Origin: Candidatus Methanoxibalbensis ujae
GTDB taxonomy: Archaea; Halobacteriota; Syntropharchaeia; Alkanophagales; Methanospirareceae
Length of the DNA: 42,241 bases
Direction: 5' to 3'
Assembly: GCA_026134085.1 (NCBI GenBank)
Contig: JAOQIN010000014.1
Span: forward strand, 1 to 42,241
Below, in pieces: positions 18,402 to 27,530 of the stretch. The translations under genes were made by a program, and so were the position numbers. Positions within the stretch are counted from its first letter, which is position 1, and the number at the start of each line of letters is the position of its first letter. Under the pieces are notes generated by a model, which did not search any database, was not told the DNA's origin, and saw only the letters and a program-made list of their open reading frames with translations.

Positions 18402-19664
18402 CTATGTGACGACCTCACTCAGCCTGCCGTATTTCATTGCGTATTTAAGCTCTATCATCGTGAGATCAAGCACAGACTCAACACTCCCTATACCGAGATC
18501 TCTCATTGTCTCCGCGTATTTAAGCGTCAGTCTTCGCATTTCAGGTGATGTGGGACCCACACATGGGCTTCCGGGGATCCTCGGACTCACATCAAACACA
18601 TAGAACTCAAGTTTTTTACCCTCGGGATCCTCCGGATCATATGCGATCGCACCCTGAAGTGCGAAGGGGCCTATCATGCCCGGTGGATATTCCTCGGCGC
18701 ATGTCCTTATAAACCTCTCCGCGGCATCATAAACGAGAGGTTTCTGCGACTCTCGCATTGTGACGCCGAAATGTCCTATCTCCTCGTTTTTAATTGGTAT
18801 GTCAAGTGACATCTGCTCACTTGCTGGAAGGTTGAGGATTCCGTGAAGGTTAACCTGCCGTCTGTCATCAAATCCGAGGAAATCAAAATCTGTGAATGTG
18901 TCTCTCAGCGCCCATGCGTGATAGTTCGCGTTGAACCGTGGTCCTATAACAAACTCCTCTATGACAGCATTCTTCAGATCATCTTCGTCTATCACATCAC
19001 GCCTTATGAGTTCTTCCGCCTTCTTCCAGTACTCGGAAGTGCTGCTTGCGGTGAAAAAGGCCCTTTCAAGTGGCTTCTTTTTCTGACGCACCTTCACAAT
19101 GACGAGCCTGTCTATGTCATCTGGATTTCTGAATATCCTCGGCATCCTCACACCCGCACGCTCAAGCAGCCAATACTGATTGCGATGAATTGTTCGCTCC
19201 TCTGTTTTCAGCATGAAACGATTGCCATACAGCGGTATGAGGAGTTTCTCCTCTATTTTCTGCCATCCCACATAAACAGTGAATGACCTGTTCGGTATGA
19301 AAATCGTGTTAAGGTCTCTGAGCTCTTCCTGAACGCTCTCATCAATGATATCAGAGAAACGCTCCAGAATGATTATATGGTCAAAAAGGAAGCGATTGTA
19401 TTTCGCATAAAGCGCCTCTCTGCCTTTCTGACATACCACGACAGTCTTAAGCCCCGCGGATTTCGCCGCAATCCCCACCTCCTCAGCTGAATGGCTGCCT
19501 ATCACACCAACTGTCAATCCTTCATATCGGGAAACAATCTCCCTCACTTCTTCTATCACAGACATCTCCTCCAATTGCACGCCTGAAAATAAAATGTCTC
19601 TTTCAGTCAGACGCATAAGCGGGTCTTTCTGCCTCCTCTTATTATCGCCTCTCACATCACTCAT
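18402..19664 (-). CDS. purP: PurP-family ATP-grasp protein (FAICAR synthetase or PurP-like paralog)
   Basis: GSHSA, IFIPNRSFTVYVG, YGNRFML, ERAFF, IEEFVIG, GHFGVTMRES, PPGMIGPFALQ, FDVSPR. Confidence 0.85.
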   Translation of the reverse strand: MSDVRGDNKRRQKDPLMRLTERDILFSGVQLEEMSVIEEVREIVSRYEGLTVGVIGSHSAEEVGIAAKSAGLKTVVVCQKGREALYAKYNRFLFDHIIILERFSDIIDESVQEELRDLNTIFIPNRSFTVYVGWQKIEEKLLIPLYGNRFMLKTEERTIHRNQYWLLERAGVRMPRIFRNPDDIDRLVIVKVRQKKKPLERAFFTASSTSEYWKKAEELIRRDVIDEDDLKNAVIEEFVIGPRFNANYHAWALRDTFTDFDFLGFDDRRQVNLHGILNLPASEQMSLDIPIKNEEIGHFGVTMRESQKPLVYDAAERFIRTCAEEYPPGMIGPFALQGAIAYDPEDPEGKKLEFYVFDVSPRIPGSPCVGPTSPEMRRLTLKYAETMRDLGIGSVESVLDLTMIELKYAMKYGRLSEVVT

Positions 19665-19791
19665 ACCTTATACAACTCATACAACTCACATCACTCGCAC
19701 CTCAACCACTCACACTTACACTGCTCACACCACTTACCTCACACCGCTCACATCATCACCACAAAGCCCTCACTCAAATTTGCTTTTCCTC

Positions 19792-20739
19792 TCATCTTCT
19801 GAGATTTATCCTGAATTTTCCGAGTTTGCCGCCGTAATTTCCAGCAGATATCTTCAACACACCTCGCATATTCTCAACGCTTTCTATCGCAGCATATATG
19901 GCATTCTCAACAGCACGCTCTGATACGCCGTCCACCACGATCTCAGGGATCGCCTCAACACCATCCGGCACTTTTGAATCTGTTATCCTGCCGCGAAGTG
20001 TCGGGCAGAAAGGATGATTTGTCGTGGGCCCTATTTCAGGAAACTTTGTCTCAGGCTTTGAGCCTGCCGCACACACGCCGAAAGGAGCAATCACTCCCTC
20101 AACCGCATTCACCGCATCAACCGCACGCTCCCCCGCTGACAATGCAGCGTCCATGCTTTTGCAGAAGAGCCATATATTTCCCCCCATCACTCCCGTCCCA
20201 TATCTCAAAAAGTGTTCAATGATGAATTCTCCCATCATTATCGGAATCGCGATCACTTCTCTGCCATGGCTCACACGAACCTCCTCATATCCGTCGCCGC
20301 AATGTCCTATTTTTCTCATTGTGCTTATTGTGCCTTTCTCCCTGAGTGATGGCAGACCACCGCATTCGGCGTGAAACGCATCATAAACAGCTGTCGTCGG
20401 AACAACAAGGATGCCCTGACGCACACGCTTCGCAACCTCATTCTCAAGTCTTTCCACGCTCTCATCCGTGCTTCCATTTACCCATATCTGAACGACAGCG
20501 CCAACCCTGCCGTCAGGTGTCTTATCAGCGCTGAGAAAGCGTTCTATGCCAGCTTCCGATTCACCGAACACTGTGCATGGAAGTGCAGTCGCACCTCTTA
20601 CAGCGTGAGACAGCCATTTCTCATTCTCCGCAGTGACGCAGAGCCTCACGAAAAGCCCTTCAAACGCCTCACAGTATGTGTCCTCCACCTCAGCCGCCAT
20701 CCTCTCATCTTGTTCGCATTTCCTGTTTTTACCTGTCAC
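19792..20739 (-). CDS. ftr: Formylmethanofuran:H4MPT formyltransferase family protein (Ftr-like paralog)
   Basis: EDTYCEAF, EAGIE, TPDGR, VPTTAVYD, GDGYE, GVMGGN, TNHPFCPTL, EIVVDG, ISAGNYGGKLG. True start may be 20700. Confidence 0.88.
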   Translation of the reverse strand: MTGKNRKCEQDERMAAEVEDTYCEAFEGLFVRLCVTAENEKWLSHAVRGATALPCTVFGESEAGIERFLSADKTPDGRVGAVVQIWVNGSTDESVERLENEVAKRVRQGILVVPTTAVYDAFHAECGGLPSLREKGTISTMRKIGHCGDGYEEVRVSHGREVIAIPIMMGEFIIEHFLRYGTGVMGGNIWLFCKSMDAALSAGERAVDAVNAVEGVIAPFGVCAAGSKPETKFPEIGPTTNHPFCPTLRGRITDSKVPDGVEAIPEIVVDGVSERAVENAIYAAIESVENMRGVLKISAGNYGGKLGKFRINLRR

Positions 20740-20925
20740 TCCTCATCAGTTCCGCACTCATCGCAGTTCTCCGCCTCATCCCGCACGCACATGCGCACAT
20801 GCAAAACGGACAGATGAAGAGAGAAATCGAAAGGAAGACTTCATGAAAAAAGATGTGTTATTGTCAATACAGTATCAGGATGTATGAGATATGATGAGAT
20901 ATTTGTGATGGGAGGTGATGAGAGG

Positions 20926-21999
20926 ATGAGAGTTGTGCTTGCAGCGGTTTTGGCTGTTGTATTGGGTGTTGCGCTCGCGATGATATATGTGGGGGGTTTT
21001 CCCCAGCCGGGCTTTTTTACAGGCTCAGATGAATCACATCCCGGATATCCGAAGAATGTCACAGATTCATCAGGCAGGAACATCACGATATACAGGCCTC
21101 TGGAGCGTATTGTGGTGTTGAATTCGGATGTTGCGGAGGCTATTCGTCTCCTCGGCGCAGAGGATCGCATTGTCGGTGTTTCGGAGGAGCTGAAGAAGAA
21201 GAAAGCGTTCTTCCCTGTTATCAGCGGAAAGCCATCTGTCGGGAAGTGGAACAAGCCCAACACAGAGCGGATACTTGAGCTGAATGCGGATGCTGTTTTC
21301 ACATATGTGCGCTGGCCCGGCGAGGAGAAGCTTGAAGATAGGCTTCCCTCATCTGTGAATGTCATACGCTTTGACTTTTACAAGGCGAAAACACTGCGTG
21401 ATGAGCTGCAGAAACTTGCAGTTCTGCTCGGTGAGGAGGAGAATGCCAGCATATATCTGGAGTGGCACGACAAAATAATGGGTGAAATAAGCAGCAAATT
21501 GAAGGATCTGAAGCACAGAACAAAGGTGTTCATTGACCTGAGAGGCACTGAGAACGAGCGGAAAACATGCGCAAAGGGCACTGGAATGGATGAACTGTGT
21601 GAGATGGCGGGTGGATCAAATATCGCTGCCGATCTCAATGCCAGTTATCCATCAGTGAGTGTGGAGTGGATACTGAGAGTTGATCCTGATGCCATAATTC
21701 ATCTGTCATACAAGGGAGGATATGAAAAAAGCGATGCAAGTGTGCTCAAAGCGGAATATGACGAGGTCAAACGCGTTTTATCGCTGACAAAAGCCGCAAG
21801 AGAAAATCGCATCCATGTGATAAGCAGCGATGTCGCATTCGCACCATCATATCCAGTTGGCATGGCTTATATTTCAAAATGGATCAATCCCGAACTGTTT
21901 GAGAACATGGATCCACAGGCAATACATCAGGAATACATAAACAGATTCTGCCGCATAAAATTCAATGTATCTGAGAAAGGTGCATTCGTGTATCCGTGA
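20926..21999 (+). CDS. ABC transporter substrate-binding protein, cobalamin/Fe-siderophore (BtuF/FepB-like) class
   Basis: N-terminal TM anchor, VTDSSGRNITI, ERIVVL, IVGVS, AGGSNIA, VSVEWIL, AARENRIH, PELF; start chosen by a GGAGGTGA SD. No permease or ATPase adjacent. Confidence 0.88.
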   Translation: MRVVLAAVLAVVLGVALAMIYVGGFPQPGFFTGSDESHPGYPKNVTDSSGRNITIYRPLERIVVLNSDVAEAIRLLGAEDRIVGVSEELKKKKAFFPVISGKPSVGKWNKPNTERILELNADAVFTYVRWPGEEKLEDRLPSSVNVIRFDFYKAKTLRDELQKLAVLLGEEENASIYLEWHDKIMGEISSKLKDLKHRTKVFIDLRGTENERKTCAKGTGMDELCEMAGGSNIAADLNASYPSVSVEWILRVDPDAIIHLSYKGGYEKSDASVLKAEYDEVKRVLSLTKAARENRIHVISSDVAFAPSYPVGMAYISKWINPELFENMDPQAIHQEYINRFCRIKFNVSEKGAFVYP

Positions 22000-22095
22000 T
22001 TTTTTCTTTTTTTTTCTTTATTATTTTATTTTCTTTTCTATTATTTTTTATTTTATTATATTTTATTTTATTTCCTCCTTTCTTCTTTGTTTTCT
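22000..22095 (+). terminator. Long T-rich tract; likely archaeal terminator / low-complexity expansion
   Basis: About 95 nt of repeated ttttta/ttttc directly after the binding-protein stop codon. Confidence 0.55.
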
Positions 22096-22177
22096 CCATT
22101 ATGATGTCCTTGCTGAGCATGCGTGTGCGGACAGCGTGGCGAAGGAGATAATATGGGTGAATAATTCATCTGGATGT

Positions 22178-22450
22178 ATGATGCCGAAGCGATCATCAGT
22201 GGTAAAGGTGAGAGGTGAGCTGAGATTTTGGAATGTTGATGTTGTGAGATCGCTTATGCCCGACAATCTGGAGGGCATGGAAACGATGTTCGAGGGGGAT
22301 TCAGCAGTCATTCGTTTTGAGGTTGAAAAGATGAGCTCGGCAATCGCTGTAGTTGATGATATTCTGCTGAATGCAAAAGTCGCACAGGATATATTCTCAT
22401 TGAGAAAGAGATTGATGAAGGATGCAATGATGGAGATGAAGGATCAGTGA
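22178..22450 (+). CDS. pcc1: KEOPS complex subunit Pcc1
   Basis: RSLMPDN...AVVDDILLNAKVA signature, about 90 aa; the upstream part of the listed ORF (21965) is translated T-tract. Confidence 0.75.
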   Translation: MMPKRSSVVKVRGELRFWNVDVVRSLMPDNLEGMETMFEGDSAVIRFEVEKMSSAIAVVDDILLNAKVAQDIFSLRKRLMKDAMMEMKDQ

Positions 22451-22497
22451 GGGATAAAATAAGGGACGGAAAATGAGGGATGGAGGTGAGACAGATT

Positions 22498-23754
22498 ATG
22501 AAAGTTGCGATGGTGATACCCTCGTATTGGGGCAGGGAGCGCAGGATCGGATGGAAGGAGGGTGATGCGATATACGACCATCCCACACCGCTTGACGAGG
22601 AAGGAACTCTTCTCAGAGCGCTTGAAAGCATACACATACTGAATGACAGAGATTTTCTGCTGGTTGTCATTGCAGTGGCAACTGCGCATGATATCGCGGA
22701 TAAAGTGGAGAAAAAGGTGCGTAAAATAGTAAAATCCGCAAATTTGGATATTGATACGATAGTGTTCTGCGCATCACACCTCCGCAAGATACATGATTTG
22801 ATGCACAGTGATGGCATAAACACGGAAATGCTCGATCTTCGGGGATACTCAAACATAAGAAACCTATGTGTTTTCATACCTCATGTATTTGGAAGGGATG
22901 TCGCGGTTCTCATAGATGATGACGAGGTATTTGAGGATGCTGATTTCATGGCAAAAGCCACCGAGTTCATAGGAAGGCGCATAGACAGCCTCAGCGAAGG
23001 AAAAGGAAAAGGGCAGAGCGGCGAGATGCGTGTACTGGCAGTTGCAGGCTTTTATGTGAATGAGGAGGGCAGCTATCTCGTGAAAAAAGAGACAAGACCG
23101 TGGATGAAATGGTGGAATCAATACGAATGCATGAACAGAGCATTTGAAAAGATAATCGGCAATCCTCCCCGTCTCAAGGAAACTCCTTTTGTGTTTGGAG
23201 GAAATATGGTCATCCATCGTGATTTGTGGATGAAGATTCCGTTTGACCCCAATGTGCCACGGGGAGAGGACATAGATTATCTGATCAATGCGAGAATGTT
23301 CGGATTTAGATTTTTCCTTGACAATAAACTCTCAATAAAACATCTGCCACCTCCCAAAGTGCATCCTTTATGGCTACAACTTCGCATGGATATATGCAGA
23401 TTCGTGTATGAACGTGCGAAAATAGAGCATCAGATGCTTGATAAAATGAATATTGATAAAATGAATGTCACCGATGTGGTAAGTGCAGAGGATTTTGATC
23501 CTTATCCCGGATGTTTCCTCAAGCATGATCTTCATGACAGGATCGTGCATGCGTGCAGATTGCTATCCGAGGAATATATGAAAGAAGGAGATCGGAAAGG
23601 AGCGGAGGAGGCACTGAGAAACATACGCACAGCGCGGGAATGTGCCCCCAGGTATAATGTGTATCAGTGGTTCTGCAGCATCAGGAGGTCATGGGAGGAG
23701 ATGATGATATGGGCAGAGCGCAGAAGCAGCGAAATACAGGAACTGATACAATGA
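22498..23754 (+). CDS. GT-A fold glycosyltransferase-like protein
   Basis: MVIPSY, GYSNIRN, VLIDDDE (DxD), FGGNM, RGEDIDY, IKHLPP; SD at 22482. Confidence 0.75.
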   Translation: MKVAMVIPSYWGRERRIGWKEGDAIYDHPTPLDEEGTLLRALESIHILNDRDFLLVVIAVATAHDIADKVEKKVRKIVKSANLDIDTIVFCASHLRKIHDLMHSDGINTEMLDLRGYSNIRNLCVFIPHVFGRDVAVLIDDDEVFEDADFMAKATEFIGRRIDSLSEGKGKGQSGEMRVLAVAGFYVNEEGSYLVKKETRPWMKWWNQYECMNRAFEKIIGNPPRLKETPFVFGGNMVIHRDLWMKIPFDPNVPRGEDIDYLINARMFGFRFFLDNKLSIKHLPPPKVHPLWLQLRMDICRFVYERAKIEHQMLDKMNIDKMNVTDVVSAEDFDPYPGCFLKHDLHDRIVHACRLLSEEYMKEGDRKGAEEALRNIRTARECAPRYNVYQWFCSIRRSWEEMMIWAERRSSEIQELIQ

Positions 23755-23755
23755 G

Positions 23756-24433
23756 TTACTCCTCTATGACAAATTCAAAAGTTGATGACATAACAAATGT
23801 TATTATCATCAGAAAAGCGATAAGCATTTCAACAGCAGGCATGACCTCGCTCATGCTTGAGCCGCTGAGTATTTGAGATGTTGCGACATTTCCGGACATC
23901 AGAACAGGCAGACATACAGGAAAAAGCAGGAAAGAGAGGAGCAATGTCTTCCCCTCGGAGAACATCACGAGCCCTGAGATGAATGAGCCTGCTGATGAGA
24001 GGGCGAGTGCACCGATGAGGAGGATGGGCATCGCACTTATCATGCGAATGATGTCAATACCCAGAAAAACCACAGAGAACATGGAGAGCACGATCTCGGT
24101 GACCAGGAGCATGAAAGCACCATAAATTATCTTTCCGAGAAGAATTGCGAGGGAGCTGCAGGGAATTGTTTTCAATCCGCCGAGAGTGCCTCTGTCGGAT
24201 TCACGCGTGAACGATGTTGTGAATATCAGTATTGCAGCGAAAAACAGGATTATCCACAGGAACGCAGATGCCACTTCAGGCGCAGCATATCCGCTGAATG
24301 TGTAACTGCACACCATCACAGCTCCCAACGAAAATATCAGCACGGATAAAACCTCATATGAGCGACGGAACTCCACACGCATGTCCTTCTCCGCTATGCT
24401 CACCGCAGTCTGCACAAACGCATATAAGGACAT
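23756..24433 (-). CDS. ccmB: Heme exporter permease CcmB
   Basis: IAEKDMRVEFR, SFTRESDRGTL, ILLGK, LLLSFLLFPVCLPVL, FEFVIEE C-terminus; about 6 TM segments. Confidence 0.88.
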   Translation of the reverse strand: MSLYAFVQTAVSIAEKDMRVEFRRSYEVLSVLIFSLGAVMVCSYTFSGYAAPEVASAFLWIILFFAAILIFTTSFTRESDRGTLGGLKTIPCSSLAILLGKIIYGAFMLLVTEIVLSMFSVVFLGIDIIRMISAMPILLIGALALSSAGSFISGLVMFSEGKTLLLSFLLFPVCLPVLMSGNVATSQILSGSSMSEVMPAVEMLIAFLMIITFVMSSTFEFVIEE

Positions 24434-24452
24434 CCCGCCCACGCAATTGTCG

Positions 24453-24644
24453 TTATATCTCCTCAACCAGTACCCTGTGCTCAGCAAGATTGACCTCTTT
24501 TATCCTGCCAAAAATCTCTTTTGAATCGCCAAGCACGCCAAACAATTTTATTTTCGTGCCTTCTACCTTCAAAATAAGAACATCTTCCATAAATAATTCC
24601 GTATTTCCGTTTTTCCGCACTATCATTACCTCCGACTCACACAT
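24453..24644 (-). CDS. cooT: CooT-family nickel-binding protein
   Basis: MCES N-terminus, MEDV, LFGVLGD, IKEVNLAEHRV; 63 aa. Confidence 0.88.
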   Translation of the reverse strand: MCESEVMIVRKNGNTELFMEDVLILKVEGTKIKLFGVLGDSKEIFGRIKEVNLAEHRVLVEEI

Positions 24645-25465
24645 GTTATCACCATATTTTTTATTCTTATAGCACCTGCGAGCATGTTCAATCCGAGCAG
24701 CTCGCCTGCATCACCATCAATTCTGATGTATCCGCCTCGCATCCAGTTTCCCACGCCGTTTTCCGCATTTCCCCACACTATTATCTCACCGTCGCTCATG
24801 AACTGACCGAGCCAGTGTCCGACATTGCCGAGCACGACAATCCTTCCTCCTCTCATGTATCTGCCGACATAGCTGCCTGCATTTCCCTCAACGACTATAT
24901 CGCCACCCTCCATCTCAACGCCTAGTGCGTCTTTCGCATTTCCTGTCACGACGATGCTTCCGCCTCGCATGCCCTCACCCGCCCAGTATCCCACATCTCC
25001 TTCAATCAGAATCTCGCCGCCTTTCATGCGTTTCCCCACGCTTCCGAAAGCGTTGCCATACACATGCAACACGCCGCACTCCATCTCGCATCCTGTATTG
25101 CTGCCGACATCTCCATACACAACAACATGAGCACGGTTGCGATATCCAACGAAATCAAGAAGTTTAAGATGACGCAGGTCTATCACAATCTCATCGCCTG
25201 AAGCAGATGCGCCGCACTGCGACAGGACATTGATCATCGCAGACAGATATAACCCGCTCAGGGAGAAGAACCTCTCATCCTCATACCTGCCGAGATTGTG
25301 CAGGAACTCATGAACGCTTGCAATCGTGATCGGTGCCTCCTCTCGCTCATCTATGATGAGCAGCGCATCCTCATATAAATCAGCCGGCTCATCCCTTCCG
25401 CTTATCCTTCTCAACCACCTTTCATAACTTGCCATGTCCCACCTTTCTCCCCGCCTCTTATCCAT
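24626..25465 (-). CDS. GXGXG beta-helix protein (FwdC / GltB domain-3-like)
   Basis: About seven repeats of G-x-x-M-x-GG-x-I-x-V-x-G-N/D; N-terminal helical region with GLYLSAMIN. Start may be 25435. Confidence 0.8.
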   Translation of the reverse strand: MDKRRGERWDMASYERWLRRISGRDEPADLYEDALLIIDEREEAPITIASVHEFLHNLGRYEDERFFSLSGLYLSAMINVLSQCGASASGDEIVIDLRHLKLLDFVGYRNRAHVVVYGDVGSNTGCEMECGVLHVYGNAFGSVGKRMKGGEILIEGDVGYWAGEGMRGGSIVVTGNAKDALGVEMEGGDIVVEGNAGSYVGRYMRGGRIVVLGNVGHWLGQFMSDGEIIVWGNAENGVGNWMRGGYIRIDGDAGELLGLNMLAGAIRIKNMVITCVSRR

Positions 25466-25844
25466 CCTTCCCTGACGGTTTTAATTTTCATTTTATTTAT
25501 AAAAAAAGCATTGTCAGTGCCTGTTGCTCAGGTGATGTAATTCCTCCCTCATCAGCGTTTGGTCATTTAAATGATATGTTTTCAATTTTTGATATGTTAT
25601 GGTTATGGATAACCTGATAGATTATTTCAGGAGTTCTCTGCATTTCCTCCTGCATCTTTTCAAATATTCCAACTATTTGAGTAAATTGTTGTTGAAGAGT
25701 GCGAATTTGTTGCTGAGAGTTGTTCTTTTAATTTCAATTGATGCCGATAAATTGGGTTTATCTTTTAAAACAAATATTCATTTGTCACAGACGCATATTC
25801 CATATACCATTTCATATAGCATCTCTGCAAATTTCACATAACAG

Positions 25845-26240
25845 ATGCTCTTTAACAATTTCTTTGGCAACAGCCTTTATTTCTCAATAATTTTCTTTTG
25901 CTTTCTTTTTATCTCTTTAGGTTTCTATAAGCTCTTCTATCACATCAGCAGCTGTTATATGACATTGTATTTTTCAATAAACTTTTTCATCTTATAATTT
26001 ATTGAATTATATATTGAATTATATCCGAACGGATTTTTCTTCATCCTCACCCTGAGTTTATCATTTAAGTTCATCATTTATTATCATTGAAAACAAATCC
26101 ACAGCGTAATTCTTGTATTTCATCTCTCTGAACTGTGCGAGGAAGCATCCAGGACCGAGATGTCTGGTTTTTCCTTCTCAAGCAAAGCGGAAATATCAAG
26201 GGCTTTTCTGCGGATATGCTCCTTGAAAATCTCATATTCT
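25845..26240 (-). pseudogene. hsdR: Decayed C-terminal fragment of type I restriction subunit R (DUF3387-like)
   Basis: Pieced across frameshifts and stops: ALDISALLEKEKPDISVLD / FLAQFREMKYKNYAVDLFSMIINDELK / LRVRMKKN / KFIEKYN / TAADVIEELIET / EIKAVAKEIVK. Matches the HsdR tail pattern KKPDISIL..EFL...NLAVELL.KLLNDE...AAQVIEELIE. Confidence 0.75.
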
Positions 26241-27017
26241 AAATCCCAATTATTTTAATTACTTACCTCGTCACTTCATCCTTTTTTCTCTATCAACTGT
26301 TCGGAAGGATGGATTGATTTTACCTCTTTTCCAGAAGTGCCATTATTTTCCAGAAGTGCCATTAGAATTTTGGATAATTCCCATCGTTTTGCAGTTGAAT
26401 TTGTCCATCTCATAATGTTCCACCAATCTCTGAGGTCATTATCATCTCCTACACCGCAGTAGCGACGAAAATCGATAGTTCAATGCCTTGGGTCTTTTTT
26501 CTTTTCTTTTATTAAATAATCTCCATACAATCTTTATTATAGCAGGCAGATATGTTTTTATAATGAGATAATTCCATCTTCAGTACTGATCAATAGAAGT
26601 TCTCCTGATGATTGGAGAACATTTCTTTTCACAAAAGGAAGTTGATCCTCATGTCTCACAGACTCCCCTGCTATAATATTTTGCGATCTCCTCAGGGATC
26701 TCCTCAGGAGAATCGTCAGAATAAGCATCAATTGTTATTATTATTTCACACTTTGTGTTTTCTCAAAACACTTCGTTTTGAGCCTGAGTTCGCCTATAAT
26801 AACCTCCCAATCGGATGGAGTCTTCCTGAGGCTGGAAAGATGGAAGGAAAAATGGAGATTGATCATAAGAAAGATGCGGTTATTTTATGGTTTCTGTCTG
26901 CGAAAAAAATTTGCAGGTTTTTTATAATTGCTCTTTCAACATCATCACATGGATTCCTCAGACTTCCAGGCGAGGAAGTGTGGAGCGAACTGGAGCGAGA
27001 ACTGGAGCGATAATCAC

Positions 27018-27338
27018 ATGAGAAGGACTCTGCTGTTTTTCATACCATATTTTGTGTTCAACATGTTTGACCTCATAACCACGAAGATTGCGCTCTCATC
27101 AGGGGCGGCGCTGTGTGAGTTAAATCCATTTTACAGAATGTTGCCATTTAATGAAATACTTAAGATAATATCGCCATTCTTCCTGCTTGCTCTCTGTGTC
27201 TTTCTGTATCGTTTAAGCAGGACTGAAGAGAGCAGAAGGAAAATAGGTGTGAGTAGTGCGCGCTGCATGCTCGCAATATCAATACTATTCGCCGCTGTCA
27301 CAGCGAACAATGTGTGCTGGCTGATACTCTCTGCATAA
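27018..27338 (+). CDS. Small membrane protein, DUF5658-like
   Basis: FNMFDLITT...ELNPF...K...ANN pattern; 3 hydrophobic segments. Confidence 0.7.
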   Translation: MRRTLLFFIPYFVFNMFDLITTKIALSSGAALCELNPFYRMLPFNEILKIISPFFLLALCVFLYRLSRTEESRRKIGVSSARCMLAISILFAAVTANNVCWLILSA

Positions 27339-27530
27339 AAGCAATGCTCTCACCTGCTCTCGTATCATCGTGCTGCATACACAGACACGCATGTGCAGAT
27401 GAATGCATGTGCAGATGAATACAAATGATCAATAGAATTTAAAAAAATCGCCAAATTTTTTGATTATTATTCACTTATCTGTTTCAATTATTCATCGTTT
27501 ATAATAAGAACGAGCCGGGTATGGGCATAT

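Noticed and set aside
21965..22177. Phe-rich N-terminal extension of Pcc1 as a TM segment
   Set aside because: It is the translation of a T-rich terminator-like tract.
26612..27013. 133-aa ORF
   Set aside because: Non-ATG start, atypical composition, no motif; lies in the decayed region.
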